IMG/VR virus record: IMGVR_UViG_3300031992_000029
Coordinates: 64,001 to 128,000 of that record
Origin: a virus
Lineage: Duplodnaviria; Caudoviricetes
Reading direction: 5' to 3' (one strand)
DNA: 64,000 nucleotides
How positions within the stretch are numbered: the stretch's first letter is position 1; each line of letters starts with the position of its first letter. The position numbers were made by a program, and so were the translations under genes. Shown one piece after another: positions 54,828 to 62,800 of this stretch. The notes below the pieces were generated by a model. That model was not told where the DNA came from. It saw only the letters and a list, made by a program, of their open reading frames with translations, and searched no databases.

Positions 54828-55058
54828 CTAAAGAGCCAAGAAATCCTCTGGTTTTATATCTTCATCCTCTTCGTATGGTTCAAGCCACTCCTCATCCAGA
54901 AAGTTGGCACATTTGTCAAGTAAATACCAGTTTTTTATGCAGCCAACATATTCGACTCTACCAACGATACCGAAATAACTTTCCTTGCTTCCCATTTTTT
55001 CCTTTGGACCACACACATGGACTATGTCGCCTTTCTTGTATTTATGATGCATTACCAC
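54828..55058 (-). CDS. Array protein, SH3/KOW-like + acidic tail
   Basis: YKKGDIV...DEDIKPEDFLAL. Confidence 0.7.
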   Translation of the reverse strand: MVMHHKYKKGDIVHVCGPKEKMGSKESYFGIVGRVEYVGCIKNWYLLDKCANFLDEEWLEPYEEDEDIKPEDFLAL

Positions 55059-55354
55059 AAACCTCCGATATCGCAGGCCGTGATTTCCTCGTCACCGAAG
55101 GCGTCTGTATATGGGACAAGCCACTGCTCATCGAATGACCACATGATACACTCGATTCTTGACTCAGCTATTTTTCCGTCTACCAAGAGCCGGCATGTGA
55201 AGCATGAATCGTTGAATTCAGATTCACTATTTACAATACCATGCTTTCCGATATATTCATCCATTTGTGGATTCCAGTACAAAGGCGACGTTACACCGTT
55301 CGGACCGACAATAATAACCTCGTCGCCCTTTCTAAATCTTCTCTCTCTGTCCAT
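55052..55354 (-). CDS. Array protein, SH3/KOW-like + acidic tail
   Basis: FRKGDEV...YWNPQMDEYIG...DEEITACDIGGLW. Confidence 0.7.
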   Translation of the reverse strand: MDRERRFRKGDEVIIVGPNGVTSPLYWNPQMDEYIGKHGIVNSESEFNDSCFTCRLLVDGKIAESRIECIMWSFDEQWLVPYTDAFGDEEITACDIGGLW

Positions 55355-55355
55355 G

Positions 55356-55652
55356 TTAGCCCCCTATGATCGAAGATAAATCTTCGATTTCAAACTCATC
55401 ATCTACGCATTCACTGACATGTCTGACCCATCTTTTGTCGTAGTAGAAATCGACATACGCGGGTATATATTTATTGGGTTTAATCTTGACCGTTAATTCT
55501 GACACACTCGATATAGTTCCTACCATATCGACATAAGGTTCCATGCTAGGCAACCAACTGACTCCAATTGACTGCTCACCTTCGGTCGGGCCAACTAGTA
55601 TAACATTGTCTCCTATACTAAACATGTTAAATCCTCCACGATTATCTCGCAC
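55356..55652 (-). CDS. Array protein, SH3/KOW-like + acidic tail
   Basis: FSIGDNV...DDEFEIEDLSSII. Confidence 0.7.
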   Translation of the reverse strand: MRDNRGGFNMFSIGDNVILVGPTEGEQSIGVSWLPSMEPYVDMVGTISSVSELTVKIKPNKYIPAYVDFYYDKRWVRHVSECVDDEFEIEDLSSIIGG

Positions 55653-55834
55653 TCTTCAATAGGTTTAAGCCATGTGTCTAGGAATATGAATTTAGATTCC
55701 TCTAAGCGTACTCCTATTCCTGATACGGAAGATACGATCATTGTCTTTCCGACGAACCTGTTCATGGATTTTACCCATCCATTTGTTTCTGATTGTGGCC
55801 CGATGACTTTTACCATATCTCCTACATTAAGCAT
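55613..55834 (-). CDS. Array protein, SH3/KOW-like + acidic tail
   Basis: LNVGDMV...ECEIIVEDLTCLV. Confidence 0.7.
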   Translation of the reverse strand: MLNVGDMVKVIGPQSETNGWVKSMNRFVGKTMIVSSVSGIGVRLEESKFIFLDTWLKPIEECEIIVEDLTCLV

Positions 55835-56067
55835 CTCAGATCCTCTGCCTCAAAATCGTCTTCAGCTATAGGGGATAGCCAACTTTCACCATATGACCAA
55901 ACCTGACCAACCATTTCATATGCCTTTCCTTTACGATAAACCCTCGATATACACTGTATAGTTCTATCGTACCTATCCATATTCGAAACCCACGTCGGTT
56001 CGTCTGGGAAGTTTTTAACACCATTTTCAGGCTTATGAATGATTACCATATCTCCTACATTAAACAT
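55822..56067 (-). CDS. Array protein, SH3/KOW-like + acidic tail
   Basis: FNVGDMV...EDDFEAEDLRCLM; close paralog of 56055-56309. Confidence 0.7.
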   Translation of the reverse strand: MFNVGDMVIIHKPENGVKNFPDEPTWVSNMDRYDRTIQCISRVYRKGKAYEMVGQVWSYGESWLSPIAEDDFEAEDLRCLM

Positions 56068-56309
56068 GATATATCCTCCGTCTCAAATTCTTCCTCGGGT
56101 TCGGGTACGTGGGATAACCAGCTTGAGCCATAAGTCCATATCTGATTAGCCAGCTCTATCCATTTCCCATCGTTGTAGATATACGAGATGCGCTGTTCTG
56201 TTCCGTCGTATTTATCCATACTTGAAACCCACATCGGTTCGTCTGGGAAATTTCTAAAACCATGCTCGGGTTTATGAACGATTACTCTATCTCCTACATT
56301 AAATTCCAT
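56055..56309 (-). CDS. Array protein, SH3/KOW-like + acidic tail
   Basis: FNVGDRV...EEEFETEDISCLM. Confidence 0.7.
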   Translation of the reverse strand: MEFNVGDRVIVHKPEHGFRNFPDEPMWVSSMDKYDGTEQRISYIYNDGKWIELANQIWTYGSSWLSHVPEPEEEFETEDISCLM

Positions 56310-56530
56310 ATATCCTCCGTTGAGAATTCTTCATCCTCTTCGACATGAGATATCCAATCTGTAACAAAAAGTACTCCGTCGCATTCGTCGAGAGACACTA
56401 TGCCGGAGCTGTTAATGTCCTTGATCGTTGTGATCATTCCCAAATATTTATCCCTGGTTGACCACAAGTAATCATATGCTCCACTTCCATCAGGTCCAGT
56501 TATTTCAACGACGTCACCTACATCAAACAT
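56294..56530 (-). CDS. Array protein, SH3/KOW-like + acidic tail
   Basis: Start MFDVGDVV after GGAGG; ends DEEFSTEDIWNLM. Confidence 0.7.
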   Translation of the reverse strand: MFDVGDVVEITGPDGSGAYDYLWSTRDKYLGMITTIKDINSSGIVSLDECDGVLFVTDWISHVEEDEEFSTEDIWNLM

Positions 56531-56766
56531 AATATATCCTCCGTGTCGAAATATTCCTCCTCCTCTTCGTGAAGGAGTTCGATCCATCTTACGCTGAAGT
56601 ACCACGGGATACCTTCAAGATGGACAGTTTTCCCGCTTCCGCTTACGCTTGATATTTTGAATGTTTTGTTATCATACCTATCCATCGGGTTGACCCATCC
56701 TGGTTCATCATGTCTTATTGCCGAAGGCTTGTGCACAATAACAGTGTCTCCAGCTTTGTATTTCAC
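56518..56766 (-). CDS. First array protein, overlapping the RT stop codon
   Basis: YKAGDTV...EEYFDTEDILCLM; 4-nt overlap with RT. Confidence 0.7.
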   Translation of the reverse strand: MKYKAGDTVIVHKPSAIRHDEPGWVNPMDRYDNKTFKISSVSGSGKTVHLEGIPWYFSVRWIELLHEEEEEYFDTEDILCLM

Positions 56767-57944
56767 GACACAGACACACCACCTCTCAGATCGTTTTTGA
56801 TCTCAGATACGATATCCATGTTGAACTTCTTACTGAGATGTTCAACAAGTGCGCTGATAGACTCTCTCTCTATCATCATGTAGTAGCTACGATGACCTTC
56901 GAGAACCTGGACATCGTGGAAATCCCACTGGATTCCATTCCTTTTGTCCATTGCGTAGTTCGACAGCATTGCCGTGAACTGCTTTCTTCTCTTGTGTCCG
57001 ATAGTGATCTCGTTGTTTGCGTTAAGCATAACGCCGAGATTCCAATTAGAACCTGCGGAAGAACCGTAGCGTGTTTTCTTCGACTTGATCGTGAACGGTG
57101 CGTCGAAGCTGGAGAGTGTATCTACGATGAACGCCTCGGCTTCCTTGTAGTTGAAATCGTATCTACACGATACAAGAAAGTCGTCTGCGTACCTTGTGTA
57201 TACACAGTAATTTTCCACTTCGTTCCCATCTTTATCATGATATTTGAAGTTTCTGAACCCGTTGTAGAGTTTGAAGTCAACGGGTATCATAATAATGTTA
57301 GTGATAATGGGGCTGATTGGGGTTCCCTGAGGGAGTCCACCGTCAAGGAATGCCAGCTCAAGAGCCTTTTCAAGCTCCGCTCGCCCAACATCATCGAGAC
57401 AAACCTGACTGAATGGGAAAATCCACTGAAGCATATCCATAACGTACTTCAGTGTTGTGCTGCCAAAGAAGTTAGATAAATCAAACTTGGCAAACCATTT
57501 CGATCCATTCCTCTGGTGTCTTTTGATCGAGTCAATGGTTGACCTTTTCTTGATGTACGCAAATGCAGAAGTGTGATACAGGGCATGACAATCTTCCTCA
57601 AAGATTGCCTTCAGATTCCTGAGTGCCGCCTTAAGCTCCTCATTAGGAGCGTCGATCTTTCTGAGGCCACCTGACTTCTTAGGAATGTAGAACTCTGAAT
57701 ACAGTTCTTTTCTCGGAACCTTCCTGAGCTCCTCTGTCTGCTCATTGAACTGTTTCAGCTTATTTATGATGTTGTCGATATCGACGAGGCCCTGAAATTT
57801 TTCGCCGATATATTCCACTTCGTATGTTCTTGTGTTTGTCTCGTTCGAGACATACAGCGGAACCTTTGAATCATTTCCAAAAAGAAATTCCTCAAGTGTC
57901 ATCTGGTGGTATGCAGGTGACTGCGGTACAGTTACATAAAACAT
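56763..57944 (-). CDS. Retron-type reverse transcriptase
   Basis: IPKKSGGLR.I.AP, AFAY, D...H (region X-like), FDLSNFF, LPQGTPISP, YTRYADD, KT, NLG in place of VTG. Confidence 0.92.
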   Translation of the reverse strand: MFYVTVPQSPAYHQMTLEEFLFGNDSKVPLYVSNETNTRTYEVEYIGEKFQGLVDIDNIINKLKQFNEQTEELRKVPRKELYSEFYIPKKSGGLRKIDAPNEELKAALRNLKAIFEEDCHALYHTSAFAYIKKRSTIDSIKRHQRNGSKWFAKFDLSNFFGSTTLKYVMDMLQWIFPFSQVCLDDVGRAELEKALELAFLDGGLPQGTPISPIITNIIMIPVDFKLYNGFRNFKYHDKDGNEVENYCVYTRYADDFLVSCRYDFNYKEAEAFIVDTLSSFDAPFTIKSKKTRYGSSAGSNWNLGVMLNANNEITIGHKRRKQFTAMLSNYAMDKRNGIQWDFHDVQVLEGHRSYYMMIERESISALVEHLSKKFNMDIVSEIKNDLRGGVSVS

Positions 57945-57956
57945 CTTTTCGTCCTT

Positions 57957-58247
57957 TCGTATTCAACATACAGTTTCTGGGAGGCGCAGATCCTGGCGCC
58001 GGCCGTAACTTAAGCTCGCTGTGCTGGATGTAGTCGTCGATTGGATGTCCATCAAATATAGGAATGGTAGATATATTTGATATTTTCGTGGTTTGGAATT
58101 TATGGATGACGACTTCCCGAGGGCCGGCCATCCGGCGGAATCACTGGAGAGATGCATTGCCGCGTGGAGGTGGGTTCCTCTTTCCACACAAGGTGATACC
58201 GTCGTTTACAACTGACGGCACAGACAAATGTCTGTAATACAATACGA
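57957..58247 (-). ncRNA. Retron-like msr-msd RNA #6 (class A), directly upstream of the RT
   Basis: IR UCGUAUU/AAUACGA next to the RT RBS; G at 58240; ACAGAC/GUCUGU and CCGUC-AGUUGUAAAC-GACGG stem-loops. Confidence 0.85.
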
Positions 58248-58250
58248 TTC

Positions 58251-58279
58251 AAAAAGCCGGGCTAAATTAATAGCCCGGC
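58251..58279 (-). terminator. Intrinsic terminator immediately 5' of ncRNA #6
   Basis: GCCGGGCTA/TAGCCCGGC followed by TTTTT. Confidence 0.75.
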
Positions 58280-58522
58280 AACATCTGACCGTACCTGGTA
58301 CGCAGTGAGATTCAATCTTCCTCGAAAGACTGGAAAGAACAGGTATGACGCAAGCGCCATTCCCGCTGAAACCTGGTTTCTAACTCCTTATGCGTGTACG
58401 GTGCTGATATATATACCACGCCTGGTACGCAACCATAGGATATGCGTGTGTGGTCATAAACAAAAGTCGGTCTTCCCCTCAAGGAATACCTATAAAAACC
58501 AAATGAGGTTTTTGTTCAAACA

Positions 58523-59206
58523 TTAGAAACACATCAGATCGCCAGCGAACCCGTCGATCTGGAGGAACTTCCAGAGCTTCTGACCCTTAACCCAGTTGAT
58601 GTAGTTGTTCACGCCGAGTGCAGAGATAAGCCGAACTGTTGTGGCTACACCGAGTGTAATTCCGCAGGCGCTCACAGGAGTTTCAGCCGCCGCTTCCTCG
58701 TGTGTGAAAGCCATGGAAGCCTTGAGCGCTTCTTTCTGTTTCAGATCACTCCAATCAGCCGCATAGTGCTGGGCGGATGTGAGCAGGGTTCTGAAATCGA
58801 GCACCAGCTTTACGAACGGTGAGTTCCAGTGCTTGTCGACGATTTCATTTCTGAGCTCGATACTGTCTACTGCGAGTACGATGATGCCGGACATCATCTT
58901 TCCCTGCCATCCTTCGGGATGGAGCTTGATCTTATCTGCGATTGCGGGATTGATTGATACAAGGATGTCGCGAAGCGCTTCGACCTTGGGCATCCCGACC
59001 TGCTCCTGCGTGAACATCTGATTGACAATGTTATGTGCTTCAACATCGTCAAAGTCCCACAGCTGGAAGTTTTCCACGCCGCACCGTGCGAGGTTCTCTG
59101 CTACGGTTGATCCTACAGAACCACATCCTACGATGTGGATTGTAGACTTTTCTTCGTCAGGGTTGAAGAATTCATATGACTTTGACAGGTCCATTACGTT
59201 GCTCAT
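58523..59206 (-). CDS. ThiF/E1-like activating enzyme
   Basis: IVGCGSVGS, D.D.V..HN..NQ, K, AVDS, DFR, Cys in 'SACG'; no CxxC zinc pairs. Confidence 0.9.
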   Translation of the reverse strand: MSNVMDLSKSYEFFNPDEEKSTIHIVGCGSVGSTVAENLARCGVENFQLWDFDDVEAHNIVNQMFTQEQVGMPKVEALRDILVSINPAIADKIKLHPEGWQGKMMSGIIVLAVDSIELRNEIVDKHWNSPFVKLVLDFRTLLTSAQHYAADWSDLKQKEALKASMAFTHEEAAAETPVSACGITLGVATTVRLISALGVNNYINWVKGQKLWKFLQIDGFAGDLMCF

Positions 59207-59234
59207 TTTAAAGTTCCTCCTTATTATTTTTTAT

Positions 59235-59630
59235 TTATAATTTCTGTACGGCTAAAACAGACTTTCTCATATTGCCAATCATGTCTGCATGAAAAGACCT
59301 ATTAAACCCGAAATTATCTTCGATGAAGTCTTTTAACTCGTTTTTAAGCTCATAGAGAAGGTCAGAATCGTCTTCAAGTACGAAGATTTCACCTGACGGA
59401 TCACGATAGTAGTAGTCGAATCCGTCGTATTCCTCCCAATCGAGGAGGGTGAATTTAATAGTGCGCCAGTTGGAACACCCTTTCACAATATCGGAAAGGG
59501 TTTCCATAAGAATCTCATCTCTTGCGTCTCCGTCTAAGATGTAATCAGCAATGCTGTAACAGTCGTACATTTTTGCAACTTTGAGAAGTTCATCGACCGT
59601 ATAGATGCTATCAAATTCTTCTTTTGTCAT
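59235..59630 (-). CDS. Acidic hypothetical protein, paralog of 59641-60081
   Basis: MTKEEF..I.TV.EL...DARD.IL.E...W...DG.D.Y. Confidence 0.65.
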   Translation of the reverse strand: MTKEEFDSIYTVDELLKVAKMYDCYSIADYILDGDARDEILMETLSDIVKGCSNWRTIKFTLLDWEEYDGFDYYYRDPSGEIFVLEDDSDLLYELKNELKDFIEDNFGFNRSFHADMIGNMRKSVLAVQKL

Positions 59631-59640
59631 GTGATTTTCC

Positions 59641-60081
59641 TCAGATTACCTGGAACTCAGACACGAATTCTTTGAATTCGTCGTCCGTCCACTCATCCAT
59701 GGCCTCTTCGATCTCGACCTCTTCTACAAATTCTTCATCGAACTCTTCATCGTTCTCGAAGCATTCGTTTTCATCCATGAAGTCGTAGAGATCTTCCTTG
59801 AGGCTCTCGAACTCGTCATCTCCGTCTGTAATAGGACGGAAGTCACCCCAGTCGTCATAGACATACCAGTCGTATCCCCCGTCGTCTTCCCAGCCGTTCA
59901 GTATGCCGAGCATTTCTCTCCATGAGTAATCGCCCACACTGTCGACCATTCTTTCGTTAAGGATGTCATCTCTTGCGTCGGATGAGTAGATTTTTTCTTG
60001 TACATCATCACAACCCACGTCTATTGCCGTGTCTACCAGCTCTTCGACAGTTGTGATGTCATTAAATTCCTCTCTTGTCAT
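59641..60081 (-). CDS. Very acidic hypothetical protein
   Basis: RBS AAAGGAG; D/E-rich; paralog of its neighbour. Confidence 0.7.
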   Translation of the reverse strand: MTREEFNDITTVEELVDTAIDVGCDDVQEKIYSSDARDDILNERMVDSVGDYSWREMLGILNGWEDDGGYDWYVYDDWGDFRPITDGDDEFESLKEDLYDFMDENECFENDEEFDEEFVEEVEIEEAMDEWTDDEFKEFVSEFQVI

Positions 60082-60092
60082 TTGGTCTCCTT

Positions 60093-61145
60093 TCAATAAT
60101 CAAGGCCATATCTCATGAGGAGTTCATCGTTAGCATTCTCTTGTTCTGCGAGAACGCTATCGATGTACTCCTCCCAAGTTTCATAAGTATCGGCGTCGTT
60201 TGTTCCAACGACTGTTGTTTTTCCTTCGCTTATTTTTTTTTTATATCCGAATCTCTGACCCTGATCACCCTTTCCTGCCGGTGTAACACTTCCGGGTGCC
60301 GGTTTTCCGCCGTTTCCGCCGGTCGTCACTACTGCGGGAGTTGTGGTTACTTTACTGGTATTTGCGGGTGCACCGCCTCTCTGCTGATTTCCGCCGGAAT
60401 ATCCGCCCTGATATCCTGTGTACCCGGACGTTCCGCCGTAATCGTAGTAGCCATATCCGCCACTGTATCCGCTGTAAGCATATCCAGAACCGGTAGAGCC
60501 AGTATTCGTATAGACATGCTTTTTTACCTGATCGTCTGCCTTTGCGACGAAACCCTCAAGACCCTCGACTACAACGTCGATATCCTTGTTGTCAAAAGAA
60601 AGATTATCACGGAGGTCATAGATGATCCTCGTCATATCTCCTTTTTTATTGTGGATCGTGAAAATATAGAAGTCGTCCTGCGGAAGCTGCCCAAGGATGC
60701 GCCTGTATAACGTCTCGTCTGTTGTGCTGGGGCTTACACCCATATTGACGTGGGAATGGCACTGGGCGCGGATGGAATTGAATTCCTCATCCGTGTGTGC
60801 ATACAGCCATTTCGTGTATTCCTCCTGATCCGTGGTCACGGTTGCGCCGGTGACTTCCTGGGGATATACTTCCAGATCTTCGATCTTATATGTGTTTTCC
60901 TCACCATCAACACGGTGTGCGAATCCGTGCCATGCTACTTCGGAACTGAAGTGGTCTACAAGGACCTTCGTCTTCAGCCATGCCTTTGTGCTGTACACCA
61001 GCGTGGCCTTCTTATTTACAGTCCCGAAGTCGTGTGTGAACGTAAACTTACCATTGGCAAGTTTACTCGTTGTAAGTGCCTTCTTGAACTCCTCGATAAT
61101 GGAGTCCATCTGTGATCCGATGTCAACTTTGATGACTTTTGCCAT
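60093..61145 (-). CDS. JAB/MPN metalloprotease with G/Y-rich low-complexity tail
   Basis: SEVAW, YPQ, HSH.NM...PS..D JAMM motif. Confidence 0.85.
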   Translation of the reverse strand: MAKVIKVDIGSQMDSIIEEFKKALTTSKLANGKFTFTHDFGTVNKKATLVYSTKAWLKTKVLVDHFSSEVAWHGFAHRVDGEENTYKIEDLEVYPQEVTGATVTTDQEEYTKWLYAHTDEEFNSIRAQCHSHVNMGVSPSTTDETLYRRILGQLPQDDFYIFTIHNKKGDMTRIIYDLRDNLSFDNKDIDVVVEGLEGFVAKADDQVKKHVYTNTGSTGSGYAYSGYSGGYGYYDYGGTSGYTGYQGGYSGGNQQRGGAPANTSKVTTTPAVVTTGGNGGKPAPGSVTPAGKGDQGQRFGYKKKISEGKTTVVGTNDADTYETWEEYIDSVLAEQENANDELLMRYGLDY

Positions 61146-62611
61146 TACTTATTTTCCTCCTTTTTAAGCCACTCGATTGCACCGTTGGGGTCAACGACCG
61201 TTCCGTCAGGCAGCTCGAAAGCTCTGACGTTAACATCACGTCTTCCCGCGATACAGCTCATGAAATACTCCATTACTGTTCCGTCGGAGAAGTTGAGCGA
61301 TCCGCAGGATGCGATGCACTGTGTGATTGCCCCTACGTTATCGCCTCTCGACATGTAATCTGTCATGATGCGTTCGTAGCTGCCAATACAGTTATACTGA
61401 TTTATATGCGGGTTAGGCATGTACGTCTCTTTGATTCCCTCAAGGAACGACGCTCCGCCACGCGGCCTGACACGGCTGTTAAGATCAATCTGATACTCAG
61501 CGCAGAATCTTAACCGGATCTTCCTGTCGATGAATACGGCTCTCATAAGAGCTTCAATATCCTCAGCAGAAATCCAGTCCTCTGTGCTCCTGTATACAAA
61601 TGATCTCTTGTTTTCGATTACCTTTTCTGCGAGATCTTCGTCGAATAAATCGCAGTACGCCGTAACCTGAACGGAGATGCTGTTTCCGTCCACCCTGTTA
61701 AGGTGAAGGGCGTTCTTATTCGCAAGGAAGAAGTCCATGATGCCACTTCCCGTCTCGCCAGATGCGATCTTAACCTGAAGACCTTCATACTGGATTTCCA
61801 TCTTTCTGATGTCGTTCAGGATCTGGGCGATAGATTCCTGATACCGCTGGATATCGTTCCTTTTACTCTGGATGGAGTTTCTCACATTCTCAACAGTCTC
61901 TCTGTCGAGGCGTGTCTCGATGTCGCCGAGCAGTTTCTTGACTCTTGCTGTTTCAAGGTCGAGCTTTGCGGCGAACTTTCTGCAGGACTCAAGGTAGGCT
62001 GCGGGATCTTTCACACGAAGTCCTTCGATCATCTCCATCTCTTCAGGAGAGATTCCATCCTCTTTGTTGAAATACCACGGCAGATAGGCAAGGATGCCAC
62101 ACTGCATATAGTGGTATCGCTGCATCGTGAGGTTCTTTACATACAGCATTACGTTGTGGTTCTCGGTATCACAGATGCAGATGCATTTGAAGCCTGTGAT
62201 CTTCTGGAAGAACGCCGTTACCCTGGGCAGCTTTTCCCACTTGTCGTACTCAGGAAGAAGTTTCTCTTCCACCCATGCAAGCCATGCATCGTTGTCCTCC
62301 TCATTGGAGGCGTCGAATACATGCAGGCCGATGTGTGTTACGCTGGGGCCGCCCCAGTATGTAGGGTAAAATTCTGCTGTCTCTGCCAGAGTGCTGAGAT
62401 CGTACCTCTCAAGATAACTCTTCCTCTCGTTGGAAGAAGTGATATTGAGGACGACCCTTTCTCCTTCCTTCATTCTGGGGTAAACAATTCCTCTCAACGT
62501 AGAGAGGAATGTCAGGTCTCCGAGGTACGCGTTACCTTCAACAACTCCGTTGAAGAAGTCATTTGCGCCCTCCGACACTAACGCTGTATTTCTGATACTG
62601 TTTCTAAACAT
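61145..62611 (-). CDS. Prokaryotic E2-like conjugating protein with coiled coil
   Basis: C-terminal 'PNPHI....CIG' E2-type motif; sits between Ubl and JAB genes. Confidence 0.6.
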   Translation of the reverse strand: MFRNSIRNTALVSEGANDFFNGVVEGNAYLGDLTFLSTLRGIVYPRMKEGERVVLNITSSNERKSYLERYDLSTLAETAEFYPTYWGGPSVTHIGLHVFDASNEEDNDAWLAWVEEKLLPEYDKWEKLPRVTAFFQKITGFKCICICDTENHNVMLYVKNLTMQRYHYMQCGILAYLPWYFNKEDGISPEEMEMIEGLRVKDPAAYLESCRKFAAKLDLETARVKKLLGDIETRLDRETVENVRNSIQSKRNDIQRYQESIAQILNDIRKMEIQYEGLQVKIASGETGSGIMDFFLANKNALHLNRVDGNSISVQVTAYCDLFDEDLAEKVIENKRSFVYRSTEDWISAEDIEALMRAVFIDRKIRLRFCAEYQIDLNSRVRPRGGASFLEGIKETYMPNPHINQYNCIGSYERIMTDYMSRGDNVGAITQCIASCGSLNFSDGTVMEYFMSCIAGRRDVNVRAFELPDGTVVDPNGAIEWLKKEENK

Positions 62612-62641
62612 TTTCCCACTCCTTTCATTTTTTTTGTGGAT

Positions 62642-62712
62642 TCAAGACGGCAGGAGTCGAACCCGCTACATACACGGTTTGACCGGTTGCTCTGCCGTTG
62701 AGCTACGTCTTG
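62642..62712 (-). ncRNA. tRNA-like RNA with shortened or irregular anticodon arm
   Basis: Acceptor CAAGACG/CGTCTTG, D arm GCTC/GAGC, T loop TTCGACT; anticodon region CGG-TCAAA-CCG. Confidence 0.6.
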
Positions 62713-62714
62713 AT

Positions 62715-62750
62715 AAAAACGCCCCGCGAGGATAATTCCTGACGGGGCGT
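62715..62750 (-). terminator. Intrinsic terminator after the stand-alone Ubl gene
   Basis: ACGCCCCG...CGGGGCGT followed by T run. Confidence 0.55.
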
Positions 62751-62800
62751 ATGTATTCTCATTATTCAGTTTTTATTTGCCCTTTATTGGGCGATCATTT

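Noticed and set aside
55822-57944. Diversity-generating retroelement (RT next to many paralogous genes)
   Set aside because: No TR/VR pair seen. The closest paralogs (55822 vs 56055) differ at C, T and G as well as A. No avd gene, and the RT motifs (PQG, YADD) look retron-like.
56763-57944. Group II intron
   Set aside because: 393-aa RT with no maturase/endonuclease domain, no domain V/VI pattern after the ORF, and no interrupted host gene.
57892-58187. Short ORFs over the RT leader (57892-58131, 57963-58187) and 43632-43820
   Set aside because: They overlap the structured retron-like RNAs, lack an RBS and have no protein-like features.
43340-58213. CRISPR array based on the recurring GTTTACAACT
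   Set aside because: Copies are 0.5-7 kb apart, embedded in larger structured units, without regular spacers or cas genes.
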